From a virus, in IMG/VR virus record IMGVR_UViG_3300017770_000005, positions 1-64,000 of that record: 64,000 nucleotides of DNA; one strand, written 5' to 3'. The translations under genes were made by a program, and so were the position numbers. A model generated the notes under the pieces. It saw only the letters and a program-made list of their open reading frames with translations. It made no database searches and was not told the origin of the DNA. Each line of letters begins with the position of its first letter. Position 1 is the first letter of the stretch. Positions 1-7,928 of the stretch are shown one piece after another.

Positions 1-217
1 CATGGGCATTGATCTAGTTGATTTTAAAGTTGGGTATGGTTATGATGCTTATGGTGATTTGTATCTTGCCGATGAGATCAGTCCTGATAGTATGAGACTA
101 TGGAAGATTGGTAGTGACGAAAGATTTGATAAGGATCTATTCAGAAATGATGAAGGTGATATCGTCCCTGCTTATCGTGAGATCCTTGACCGTCTACAAC
201 CACTTGCAATCCAATGA
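1..217 (+). CDS. purC: SAICAR synthetase, C-terminal part (truncated by window start)
   Basis: LVDFK..G, LADEISPDSMRLW and FDKDLFR motifs of PurC; purM and purS nearby. Confidence 0.93.
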   Translation, partial: MGIDLVDFKVGYGYDAYGDLYLADEISPDSMRLWKIGSDERFDKDLFRNDEGDIVPAYREILDRLQPLAIQ

Positions 218-393
218 AAAAATCATCACTTCTTAGTCGAAGTCTTATAGGTACAGGTATAATTGTCCTTGTAACACCTTTGATACTTATGGTGGTATGG
301 AATGAATTCATACCAGGTATTTTTGGATTACCAACTTTGGGATACTGGTCTGCAATGGGATTGTATGCAGTTTGTAATATATTATTTAAATAA
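214..393 (+). CDS. Small hydrophobic membrane protein, 59 aa (not in ORF track)
   Basis: Hand translation MKKSSLLSRSLIGTGIIVLVTPLILMVVWNEFIPGIFGLPTLGYWSAMGLYAVCNILFK; ATGA overlap with purC stop; fills the gap to the next gene. Confidence 0.7.
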   Translation: MKKSSLLSRSLIGTGIIVLVTPLILMVVWNEFIPGIFGLPTLGYWSAMGLYAVCNILFK

Positions 394-397
394 TGAA

Positions 398-1102
398 ATG
401 AGTTATACAAAAAAATACCCAGATGGATTTACAGACAAATGGGGCAATTATCGTAAAGTTGGAAGTGGAGATTCTTCTCCTGTCATAGGTAAATCTGGTC
501 CTCGGCCAGAACTTCGTAGTCTCTGTTATGGAGTGGGGATCAATGATGTAATGATTCCCTACTTCACATCAACACGAACCTGGAGAACTTGGAGTGGTAT
601 TATTAGGAGAACTGATAATAGAGACCCAAAATGGATAAATGAACAAAATAAAGAACACTATATTGGTTGCACTCTTGATTCAAGGTGGTATAAACTTTCG
701 GCATTCAAAGAGTGGATTGAGCAATGGGATGACTATGAGAACAAAGAAGTTGATAAGGATATCTTAATTCCTGGTAACAAAACATATGGACCAGATACTT
801 GTTTAATGGTTCGACCTATTGTTAACAAATGGTTCAAACCTAACAAGCATGGTGGAGGAGATTTGCCGAGAGGAGTTACTTTGAGTGTTCATTGGAAAAA
901 CAGGGGAACAGGTAAACCATATCGTTCTCAAATTACTCCTATTGGTGGTAAGAGGACAGGACTTGGATATTATGCTACAATAGAAGAAGCATCTGCCGTA
1001 TTTGAAAAAGCAAGAAGAGAACAAATTAAGATTCTTATTGAAACTGAAACAGATCTGAAAGTAAAAAATGCCATGCAATTCAATGAAACACGAAATCCCT
1101 GA
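398..1102 (+). CDS. Free-standing HNH-like homing endonuclease with C-terminal AP2-like domain
   Basis: YGVGIND, DKDIL..GNKTYGPDTC..V...N nuclease core; LPRGV...YRSQI...LGYYATIEEA AP2-like end; start moved to ATG 398 because 302-397 overlaps the upstream ORF. Confidence 0.75.
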   Translation: MSYTKKYPDGFTDKWGNYRKVGSGDSSPVIGKSGPRPELRSLCYGVGINDVMIPYFTSTRTWRTWSGIIRRTDNRDPKWINEQNKEHYIGCTLDSRWYKLSAFKEWIEQWDDYENKEVDKDILIPGNKTYGPDTCLMVRPIVNKWFKPNKHGGGDLPRGVTLSVHWKNRGTGKPYRSQITPIGGKRTGLGYYATIEEASAVFEKARREQIKILIETETDLKVKNAMQFNETRNP

Positions 1103-1355
1103 AGAGATTAAAAAGAATGCATTTGCTTGCTTCGGTAGTTTGAATCAAGCAGAGAGAGCAGTTGTTATGTTTGGTGATGAAGCATATCGTGAGTCACTAG
1201 ACCTTGACAACGATGATGCTCCTTGTTGGCAGATTCCAAGTGGAGAACACTCCACTTTTGCTGGATGGAATCCTCAGTGTGTGCCCACCATGGAGTACAT
1301 TGTATGGAAACTAAAACGACTTGACGGTATTATTACGGGAGAAATCATTGGATAA
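1083..1355 (+). CDS. Hypothetical protein
   Basis: ORF packed with neighbours; start at MKHEIP. Confidence 0.7.
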   Translation: MKHEIPEEIKKNAFACFGSLNQAERAVVMFGDEAYRESLDLDNDDAPCWQIPSGEHSTFAGWNPQCVPTMEYIVWKLKRLDGIITGEIIG

Positions 1356-1518
1356 GTTATCAAAAGAAGAAATGCGGGCTAAGATCAAAGAGTTCTCTGC
1401 ACTCCTTAGAAGTCAAAGAGAACACTGGGATAAAGAAGACCAAATTGGATTCACATATTCTTGTGATCTAATTTCACAATCACTCATTACATTATACATT
1501 CGTTTAGGTAGAGACTAA
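1348..1518 (+). CDS. Hypothetical protein
   Basis: GGAG before TTG 1348; stop overlaps purM start (TAATG). Confidence 0.6.
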   Translation: MDKLSKEEMRAKIKEFSALLRSQREHWDKEDQIGFTYSCDLISQSLITLYIRLGRD

Positions 1519-2447
1519 TGGACTACAAAACTGCAGGTGTTGATATTCAAAGAGGTAGATCTTTTGTAGAATATCTAAAGGTATTGGCACCTAACATTGG
1601 TGGGTTCAATGGAATGATGGAGATCCCATCAGGATATGATAAACCTGTGCTGGTATCTGGTACTGATGGTGTTGGAACTAAAATTAATATCTGTAGGATT
1701 GCTGATGATTACTCCACTATTGGTCAGGATCTCGTTGCTATGTGCGTCAATGACATTATATGTTCTGGCGCTAAACCATTATATTTTCTAGACTATATCT
1801 CTGCCAAAACACTTGACGGTAATGTAAGTGAAATCGTACATGGAGTTGTCAAGGCATGTGAACTTACTGGTATGGAACTCCTAGGTGGAGAAACAGCAGA
1901 GCATTTTAGAGCAACTGACTATGACCTTGCTGGTTTCTGTACTGGTGTTGTAGAGAAGAATGATATTGTCGATGGTAGTAATATCAGAGCAGGTGATGTA
2001 GTCATAGGTATTGAGAGTAGTGGACTTCATAGCAATGGATACACTCTTGTCAATGATATGCTGTGGAGAAATTACATCTTCTATAAAGAGATGCCTGAGT
2101 TGCTAACACCAACTACCATCTATGCTCCATTGGTTGAATATCTTCTAGATGAGATTCCTATCCTAGGCATGGCACACATCACAGGTGGAGGACTGCCTGA
2201 GAACCTCCCACGATGCCTTCCAAAGCATCTGACTGTTGATGTTGATTACTCTGCTTGGGATAGACCAGAACTCTTTAATAAGATCCAGAAAGCAGGAGAC
2301 ATTGCTGAGAGTGAGATGCGTAATGTATTCAATCTTGGTATTGGATTTTGTTTAGTTGTACCAAAAGAGGTAGTAACACTAACTCAAAGTTTGATTGCTG
2401 ATGTACCATTCGGTATGAAGTCTTGGACTATTGGAGAAGTAAAATGA
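1518..2447 (+). CDS. purM: Phosphoribosylaminoimidazole (AIR) synthetase
   Basis: YKTAGVDI, TDGVGTK, DLVAMCVND, GGETAE, SSGLHSNG, HITGGG, FNLGIG motifs. Confidence 0.97.
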   Translation: MDYKTAGVDIQRGRSFVEYLKVLAPNIGGFNGMMEIPSGYDKPVLVSGTDGVGTKINICRIADDYSTIGQDLVAMCVNDIICSGAKPLYFLDYISAKTLDGNVSEIVHGVVKACELTGMELLGGETAEHFRATDYDLAGFCTGVVEKNDIVDGSNIRAGDVVIGIESSGLHSNGYTLVNDMLWRNYIFYKEMPELLTPTTIYAPLVEYLLDEIPILGMAHITGGGLPENLPRCLPKHLTVDVDYSAWDRPELFNKIQKAGDIAESEMRNVFNLGIGFCLVVPKEVVTLTQSLIADVPFGMKSWTIGEVK

Positions 2448-2611
2448 TAGACAAAATTGACACACAAGGAATGAGTCTTCCTGGTAAATCAAAGAAACCA
2501 AGTAGTTATGATCCGATGCCAGTAAAGCATCGTACAATCTTCACACCAGAAGAACGTATAGAATTGAAACAAATTATTCATGAAGCACTTGACGAGAGGG
2601 AGAAAGCATGA
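2444..2611 (+). CDS. Hypothetical protein
   Basis: ATGA overlaps at both ends. Confidence 0.65.
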   Translation: MIDKIDTQGMSLPGKSKKPSSYDPMPVKHRTIFTPEERIELKQIIHEALDEREKA

Positions 2612-2883
2612 AGTTTAAAGCACTAGTATTCATCCGATTACGATCACAGGTGGATGACTCTCCTGGCAATGCCGTGAGAGATGCCTGTAAGAGATTGTCT
2701 GAGTTAGACATTAAGAAACTTAGACTTGGTAAGGTAGTTGATGTTTGGTTGGAAGCAGAGACCAGAGAGTATGCTGAGAAGGAACTCGAAATGCTATCTG
2801 ATAGATTCCTTGCCAACACAGTCATGGAAGACTGGGATTATGAATTGACTGAGATTGAAGACTTTCCTAAAGGTATTGAATAA
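2608..2883 (+). CDS. purS: FGAM synthase subunit PurS
   Basis: LR..V.D..G.AV, LRLGK, LAN.VMED pattern; purine cluster context. Confidence 0.9.
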   Translation: MKFKALVFIRLRSQVDDSPGNAVRDACKRLSELDIKKLRLGKVVDVWLEAETREYAEKELEMLSDRFLANTVMEDWDYELTEIEDFPKGIE

Positions 2884-3077
2884 TGGATGATTTTAACACA
2901 CCAGGATCTAATAAATCTTGGATGGATGATGGATTCAAAAAGTATGCTGCTGAATGGCAACTCAATAATATTGAGAAACTATTGGATGCTAAGGTAGAAC
3001 GTTGTCGTGTATACAACAGTGACAACCGAGATGAAATATATAATCAAATCACTATTACCTACAAGGACAAAAACTAA
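2883..3077 (+). CDS. Hypothetical protein
   Basis: TAATG overlaps at both ends. Confidence 0.65.
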   Translation: MDDFNTPGSNKSWMDDGFKKYAAEWQLNNIEKLLDAKVERCRVYNSDNRDEIYNQITITYKDKN

Positions 3078-3319
3078 TGCAGGCAGTAATTTATAGTAAC
3101 GGCAGTCAAGAGTGTGAGCGTGCTGGTATGCTCCTTAAGAGTGTTCATGAAGACTTCCATGAATACTTCTTGGATAAAGATTTTACAGACAAACAATTTC
3201 ATGCAGAGTTTGGTAGCAATGCAGAGTATCCGCAGATTTCTATTGGACTCAAGCACCGTGGTGGTCTCAAGGAAACTTTACACTATATGAATACGAATGA
3301 TATGCTCACACATTGTTGA
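3077..3319 (+). CDS. Glutaredoxin-like protein (SxxC instead of CxxC)
   Basis: VIYS..SQEC, YPQI.I...H.GGL glutaredoxin-fold pattern. Confidence 0.75.
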   Translation: MQAVIYSNGSQECERAGMLLKSVHEDFHEYFLDKDFTDKQFHAEFGSNAEYPQISIGLKHRGGLKETLHYMNTNDMLTHC

Positions 3320-4448
3320 AATACCAGATGGCATAGTCAGTATATGCAAATTCAGACACCATTTCTTCTGGATATTCGAGATGATCAACAAAATGATCCC
3401 AATCACAGTCCATAACCATCTCTACAAGTTCATCAAAGTCTTCTGAATAATCGTAGTTCTGTGCTAATTTTTGTGCATACTTCCAAAAAGGAGTATCATA
3501 GTCGGACCCATAAAAATAATGCCATAGAATCCATTGATGTACTTGTCTAACCTTTATATCGTATTTGTGAAGGGCAACTTTCAAATTTTTTCCAGATAAT
3601 GCAGATTCAAAAAAATCATCAATTAAGGTTCCATACATTGGAGTCGCAGTAGACTCTAAAGGTTCATAAAAGAAAATTCTATTACCATTTAATAGAGTTT
3701 TATTTTCAATATCAAAATATTTTTTAGATAGATAATTTTTAAAAGGAACTTTGTGAAGTGTTTCAACTCCAAACATTTCATAGAAGTTCTTTTCTGCTAT
3801 TTCTGGATCAGTAATATCCTTGTTGAAAATATAACCATATGAATATCCATCTTCGAGAGGTATTTTGAAAGTCCAACCATCTGGTGTAGCTATATTTTCA
3901 GTCCATACTTCTGGTGGTCTTGGTTCTTTAGTTCTTCCAATCAAAGCACAGTTTACGGGACTGACCATTTCCTCATAGTCTTCCCAGTTATTAGCAGACT
4001 TCCCTCTACAATCAATTATGATATCAAAGTCATCTTTAATATCTTCTGGAGATACATTTTTTTCTACAAACTTGGTCAAGTTAGTTTTTAAGAAACACTC
4101 TCTCAATCTTTTTGGATCATAGTGATATGCTAATCCATTACCACCTAGTTTGTATAATAGATTTTTATTTTTCTTTGCCCAATTTCTATAGTAGAATCCA
4201 ACCTTTGGAGTAATTCCTGCTAAATTTCCTAGGTCTTCATTACATATTAACTTTGATATTGCATGTGAAACATTTAATGTAGTTCCTTGACCAACAATTT
4301 CTGTTGGAATTTCAGAATCATGAAAGACTGTTATCTTTGGATCTTTTAGATCATGTTCTCTATACTTGAATATAATCATTATCGCAGATATAATACCTGC
4401 ATTCCCACTACCAATGATGGCAATCTTGGGATTATTCTTTAGATCCAT
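3306..4448 (-). CDS. Flavin-dependent (tryptophan) halogenase-like protein, PrnA family
   Basis: IIGSGNAG FAD motif, VGQGT, IIDCRG, GWTFKIPL, FYEPLEST, YDTPFWKY. Confidence 0.85.
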   Translation of the reverse strand: MDLKNNPKIAIIGSGNAGIISAIMIIFKYREHDLKDPKITVFHDSEIPTEIVGQGTTLNVSHAISKLICNEDLGNLAGITPKVGFYYRNWAKKNKNLLYKLGGNGLAYHYDPKRLRECFLKTNLTKFVEKNVSPEDIKDDFDIIIDCRGKSANNWEDYEEMVSPVNCALIGRTKEPRPPEVWTENIATPDGWTFKIPLEDGYSYGYIFNKDITDPEIAEKNFYEMFGVETLHKVPFKNYLSKKYFDIENKTLLNGNRIFFYEPLESTATPMYGTLIDDFFESALSGKNLKVALHKYDIKVRQVHQWILWHYFYGSDYDTPFWKYAQKLAQNYDYSEDFDELVEMVMDCDWDHFVDHLEYPEEMVSEFAYTDYAIWYFNNV

Positions 4449-4467
4449 TAAAAATTCTTATTTCTAG

Positions 4468-4474
4468 TATTTAG
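4468..4474 (-). promoter_or_regulatory. T4-like late promoter (CTAAATA) for the halogenase
   Basis: TATTTAG on + strand, 20 nt upstream of the halogenase start. Confidence 0.55.
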
Positions 4475-4493
4475 TTGCATTATACAAAATTAC

Positions 4494-4522
4494 TTGACTA
4501 AATAGTGTATGAGGTCTATAAT
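4494..4522 (+). promoter_or_regulatory. Sigma70-type promoter
   Basis: TTGACT-N17-TATAAT; predicted start site just before the riboswitch-like RNA. Confidence 0.85.
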
Positions 4523-4530
4523 AGACCTGT

Positions 4531-4755
4531 CGTTCATCCCGAAAGGGACGCAAGTAAGTCGCGGAACGGAGCCGTTCATCCCATGTTAGAAGTACTATTC
4601 TATACAACCCTCACCTGTGCTCAAGCCGATGCAATTATGTTTCGGATGAAAACAAATGAGAACATTCCTGCCGAATATAAGGTAGAATTGATTGAGGTAA
4701 TGAAGGAATCAACCCCTAATTGTTACCCATGGGACGCAAACGACTGAAGGAACGG
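4531..4755 (+). ncRNA. Tandem glutamine riboswitch-like RNA (glnA / Downstream-peptide class)
   Basis: Two copies of CGTTCATCCC..GGGACGCAA..GGAACGG; AGTA/GAA E-loop-like strands flank an AGTCG/CGACT helix; lies upstream of a YRG-motif peptide. Confidence 0.8.
4583..4747 (+). CDS. 54-aa hypothetical protein nested in the riboswitch P2 stem
   Basis: GGAG at 4568-4571, ATG 4583, open to TGA 4747 (MLEVLFYTTLTC...CYPWDAND). Confidence 0.65.
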   Translation: MLEVLFYTTLTCAQADAIMFRMKTNENIPAEYKVELIEVMKESTPNCYPWDAND

Positions 4756-4818
4756 GAAAAAACGGATCCATCGAAAGATGAGAAGGTTCAATTTTCACCC
4801 AACTTCAGGAGTAACACC

Positions 4819-4986
4819 ATGAACACACTAAACATCATCAGAAAGCAGATCAACAAAGCATCTGCTCTTCACGACGCACAGATTAATCACACCTCATATC
4901 GTGGTGTTGAGTATTCTACTCGTTGTGTAGAAAGTAAGGAAACACACGGTACATTCTGCTATCGTGGACGTACTTACAGCAAGTGA
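4819..4986 (+). CDS. DUF4278-like 'downstream peptide', 55 aa
   Basis: AGGAG RBS; two YRG motifs (SYRGVEY, CYRGRTY); follows the riboswitch. Confidence 0.8.
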   Translation: MNTLNIIRKQINKASALHDAQINHTSYRGVEYSTRCVESKETHGTFCYRGRTYSK

Positions 4987-5006
4987 GTTACTTGTATTAG
5001 ACTATC

Positions 5007-5033
5007 AGGACCTGCTTGACAGGTCCTTTTTTT
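5007..5033 (+). terminator. Rho-independent terminator
   Basis: AGGACCTG-cttga-CAGGTCCT followed by a T run. Confidence 0.85.
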
Positions 5034-5044
5034 ATGGGTATAAT
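5016..5044 (+). promoter_or_regulatory. Consensus sigma70 promoter embedded in the terminator
   Basis: TTGACA-N17-TATAAT. Confidence 0.85.
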
Positions 5045-5065
5045 TAGTACAGTAGATTTTGTGCT

Positions 5066-5224
5066 ATGGAAAAGGACAAATTGAAACTAATAGTTCATAA
5101 TCTAGAACTTCTAGTTGATGCTCTGAAGGCAGAAGTATATTCAGACCCTCAGGCATATTTGGAACGTTCTGAGATTAGTGACTATGATGAAATCTTTGAA
5201 GATGATGATGGCTACCCAGACTAA
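5066..5224 (+). CDS. Small acidic hypothetical protein, 52 aa (not in ORF track)
   Basis: Hand translation MEKDKLKLIVHNLELLVDALKAEVYSDPQAYLERSEISDYDEIFEDDDGYPD, directly after the promoter. Confidence 0.75.
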   Translation: MEKDKLKLIVHNLELLVDALKAEVYSDPQAYLERSEISDYDEIFEDDDGYPD

Positions 5225-5251
5225 ACAATGTTAACAACGAATATAAGAAAT

Positions 5252-5431
5252 ATGTATGAATCACTTAACTGTTTTGAGGAAGCACTCAAACACTTTGGAA
5301 CTAGAGTTGAGATGATCACTGCCATGGAGATGGCAAAGAAATTGTCACCTGAAGATGCCTATCAGATGATTAAAGATGAACTCAAAGATGTCAAAAAATG
5401 TCGTAAGCAATTTAAAAAAGATGAACGTTAA
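5252..5431 (+). CDS. Hypothetical protein
   Basis: ORF overlapping thyX start; ATG 5228 is an alternative start. Confidence 0.7.
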   Translation: MYESLNCFEEALKHFGTRVEMITAMEMAKKLSPEDAYQMIKDELKDVKKCRKQFKKDER

Positions 5432-6068
5432 ACTGATTTCTGTAACACCTGAAGCAGAAAAAAATATTGCTTATTGTGCTCGTGTGAGCAATCCTAATAA
5501 TCAGGAGAATGAAAAGATTGCTGGTCTTCTTAAATACTGCATCAATCATCAGCATTGGAGTATTTTTGAGATGGCATTCATGACTCTTGAGATCGAGACC
5601 ACAAGAGGACTAGCAGCTCAGATCCTGAGGCACAGGAGTTTCACATTCCAAGAGTTTTCTCAACGGTATGCTGATAGTTCTATGCTAGCAGATCGCATTC
5701 CTCTTCCAGACTTGCGTCGTCAAGATACAAAGAATCGTCAGAATTCTACTGATGATTTAGATGCTTTCCATAAGCAAGAGTTTGAGATTGCTATCGAGAG
5801 ACACTTTGCTTCTGCTATGGATCTATATCAGACCATGCTTGATCATGGTGTGGCAAAGGAATGTGCTCGCTTTGTGCTTCCTTTAGCAGTTCCCACAAAA
5901 ATTTACATGAGCGGCTCAGTTCGTTCATGGATCCATTATATTGATCTGCGTTCTGCTCATGGAACACAGAAAGAGCACATGGATATTGCCAATGAGTGTA
6001 AGTGTCTCTTTGCTGGACAGTTTCCAGTGATTGCTGAAGCACTTGGATGGACTGAGCATAATAAATAA
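5421..6068 (+). CDS. thyX: Flavin-dependent thymidylate synthase
   Basis: RHRSFTFQEFSQRY (RHRx7SxR), H.SIFE, E.ARFVLP. Confidence 0.96.
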   Translation: MNVKLISVTPEAEKNIAYCARVSNPNNQENEKIAGLLKYCINHQHWSIFEMAFMTLEIETTRGLAAQILRHRSFTFQEFSQRYADSSMLADRIPLPDLRRQDTKNRQNSTDDLDAFHKQEFEIAIERHFASAMDLYQTMLDHGVAKECARFVLPLAVPTKIYMSGSVRSWIHYIDLRSAHGTQKEHMDIANECKCLFAGQFPVIAEALGWTEHNK

Positions 6069-6088
6069 AACATATAGTAGTTCTTCAG

Positions 6089-6661
6089 ATGAAAGTAATC
6101 CCACAGGTAAGTTATTCTACCGTTGCAAAATTAATAAAAGATAATCATATTATAGCAATCTTTCAGGGTGCCGATGAAGGTGGTCCACGTGCATTAGGAA
6201 ATAGATCTTTCCTATTCAATCCGACAATGTATGAAATGTGGGGTCATGTAAATTTGCATAAGGGTAGAGAATGGTATAGACCAGTAGCTGGTTCTATTCT
6301 TCTGGAGGATTTTTCTGATTGGTTTGAAAATGGATCAATTAAGGAATCTCCTTTCATGACTTATGCAATCAGTGTGAAAAAAGAAAGAGCAAAAAGAATA
6401 CCTGCTATTGTGCATAAGAATAAGACTTGTAGAATACAAACTGTAACCGAAGAACAGAACTTGCATTACTATAATTTGATCAAAGCATTCAAAGATTTAA
6501 CTGGAATTCCAATCATTGGTAATACTTCATTCAATTTGAGTGGAAAACCAATGGTCCATAATTTAAAAGGTGCTCTTAGAACCCTGGAAGAATCTTCATT
6601 TGAATATCTTTATCTTCCTGAAAAGCAAACACTAATCTATTCAAAGAATCAAGAGGTTTAA
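6089..6661 (+). CDS. Carbamoyltransferase C-terminal (YrdC-like) domain, stand-alone copy 1
   Basis: E.GPRALGNRS, RE.YRP.A, RIQTV, NTSFN. Confidence 0.9.
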   Translation: MKVIPQVSYSTVAKLIKDNHIIAIFQGADEGGPRALGNRSFLFNPTMYEMWGHVNLHKGREWYRPVAGSILLEDFSDWFENGSIKESPFMTYAISVKKERAKRIPAIVHKNKTCRIQTVTEEQNLHYYNLIKAFKDLTGIPIIGNTSFNLSGKPMVHNLKGALRTLEESSFEYLYLPEKQTLIYSKNQEV

Positions 6662-6662
6662 T

Positions 6663-7928
6663 ATGTATATTTTAGGTGTAAACATATCACATGAACCATC
6701 AGCATGTCTTTTGAAAGATGGTGAAATCGTGTATTTTTCTGAGGAAGAGAGATTAACAGGCATTAAAAATCCAGAGGGATCTGTTGATGAAATCTTCCAA
6801 GAATTTGATGATACTGGTAAGATTATTGAACTTTGCCATCATGTAGATTCTATTAAAGAGTATACAACTTTCATTGATTATATTATATTTTCTTCTTATG
6901 GTAGAGATAGGGATGGTGATGATGAGGTTGTCTATAGTAGTTTTCTTCGGGGATTGCAGAATGGTGGTATAAAATTCAATACTTCTATATTTTATGCCGA
7001 CAATCATCACATTTATCATGCTGCAAATGCTTTCTTTGCATCTGGATTTGATGATGCAGCTGCACTTGTTCTAGATGGTGGTGGTGCTTTCGATGTAAAG
7101 TATAGAGCAGAAGTAACTTCTCAAAAATATGAGTATCCATTTAGAGAAATTGAAAGTATCTTTAATTGTTCTTATGATTTCCCATTCCTAGAAACTAAGT
7201 TTAAACAATGTTCTATCTTAGACTCTTTGGGTGATGAGATGCGTGGGGAGGAAGAAATTTTTTGGAAGAGGAGTAAGAATGAAATCTACTCTCGCACACG
7301 AAGTTGTGGGGATTTGTTTAATATGATTTGTGGCCTCTTTGAAATGCATGGTGGAACTGAGGCTGGTAAAATTATGGGATTATCTGGTCATCGTTTGGCA
7401 TCTGATAACCTCGAAGAGAATAAGCACATTTATAGAAACTATGAAAGAGAAAAAGCACTCTTTGTTAAAGATTGGTTTACAGAGTTTGAAGGTGTAGGGA
7501 TAACTGTATATGATCTCTACAAATATTTTGAAGACTTTATTGATGGAGTTGATCCAGAAGAATATGATGTTTCAATGGGTTCACGAGGAATCAATACCGA
7601 GTTTGATAACCCTACACTAGACTTTTATATTTGTGCATCTCTTGCTGAAAAACTTCAGAATACAACTTTCAAACATACATGCACTCTAATTAAGAAAGCA
7701 TTGGATCTTACTGGTAAAAATAAGATTGTACTTTCTGGAGGTTATTTTTTAAATTGTGTGAACAACTATAAATACACTGTAGCATTTCCAAATGTAGAAT
7801 TCTTTGTAGATCCTATTGCACATGATGCTGGAACAGCAATAGGAGCAGCAAAATACTTATGGTATGGAATAAGTAAAAGCAAAGATAAAATCCCATTCAA
7901 ACACCTTTATTTTGGACCTAGTGTATGA
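6663..7928 (+). CDS. Carbamoyltransferase N-terminal (Kae1-like) domain, stand-alone copy 1
   Basis: EEER, HHIYHA, LDGGG, GKIMGL, SGG..LNC..N, DAGTAIGAA. Confidence 0.9.
   Translation: MYILGVNISHEPSACLLKDGEIVYFSEEERLTGIKNPEGSVDEIFQEFDDTGKIIELCHHVDSIKEYTTFIDYIIFSSYGRDRDGDDEVVYSSFLRGLQNGGIKFNTSIFYADNHHIYHAANAFFASGFDDAAALVLDGGGAFDVKYRAEVTSQKYEYPFREIESIFNCSYDFPFLETKFKQCSILDSLGDEMRGEEEIFWKRSKNEIYSRTRSCGDLFNMICGLFEMHGGTEAGKIMGLSGHRLASDNLEENKHIYRNYEREKALFVKDWFTEFEGVGITVYDLYKYFEDFIDGVDPEEYDVSMGSRGINTEFDNPTLDFYICASLAEKLQNTTFKHTCTLIKKALDLTGKNKIVLSGGYFLNCVNNYKYTVAFPNVEFFVDPIAHDAGTAIGAAKYLWYGISKSKDKIPFKHLYFGPSV

Noticed and set aside
302-397. N-terminal extension of the endonuclease ORF given in the track
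   Set aside because: Overlaps a better 59-aa ORF (214-393); ATG 398 fits the gene packing.
4505-4582. GTG-start extension of the nested ORF, and the 4720 start for the YRG peptide
   Set aside because: The first begins upstream of the predicted transcription start; both translate structured RNA. ATG 4583 and ATG 4819 have RBSs.
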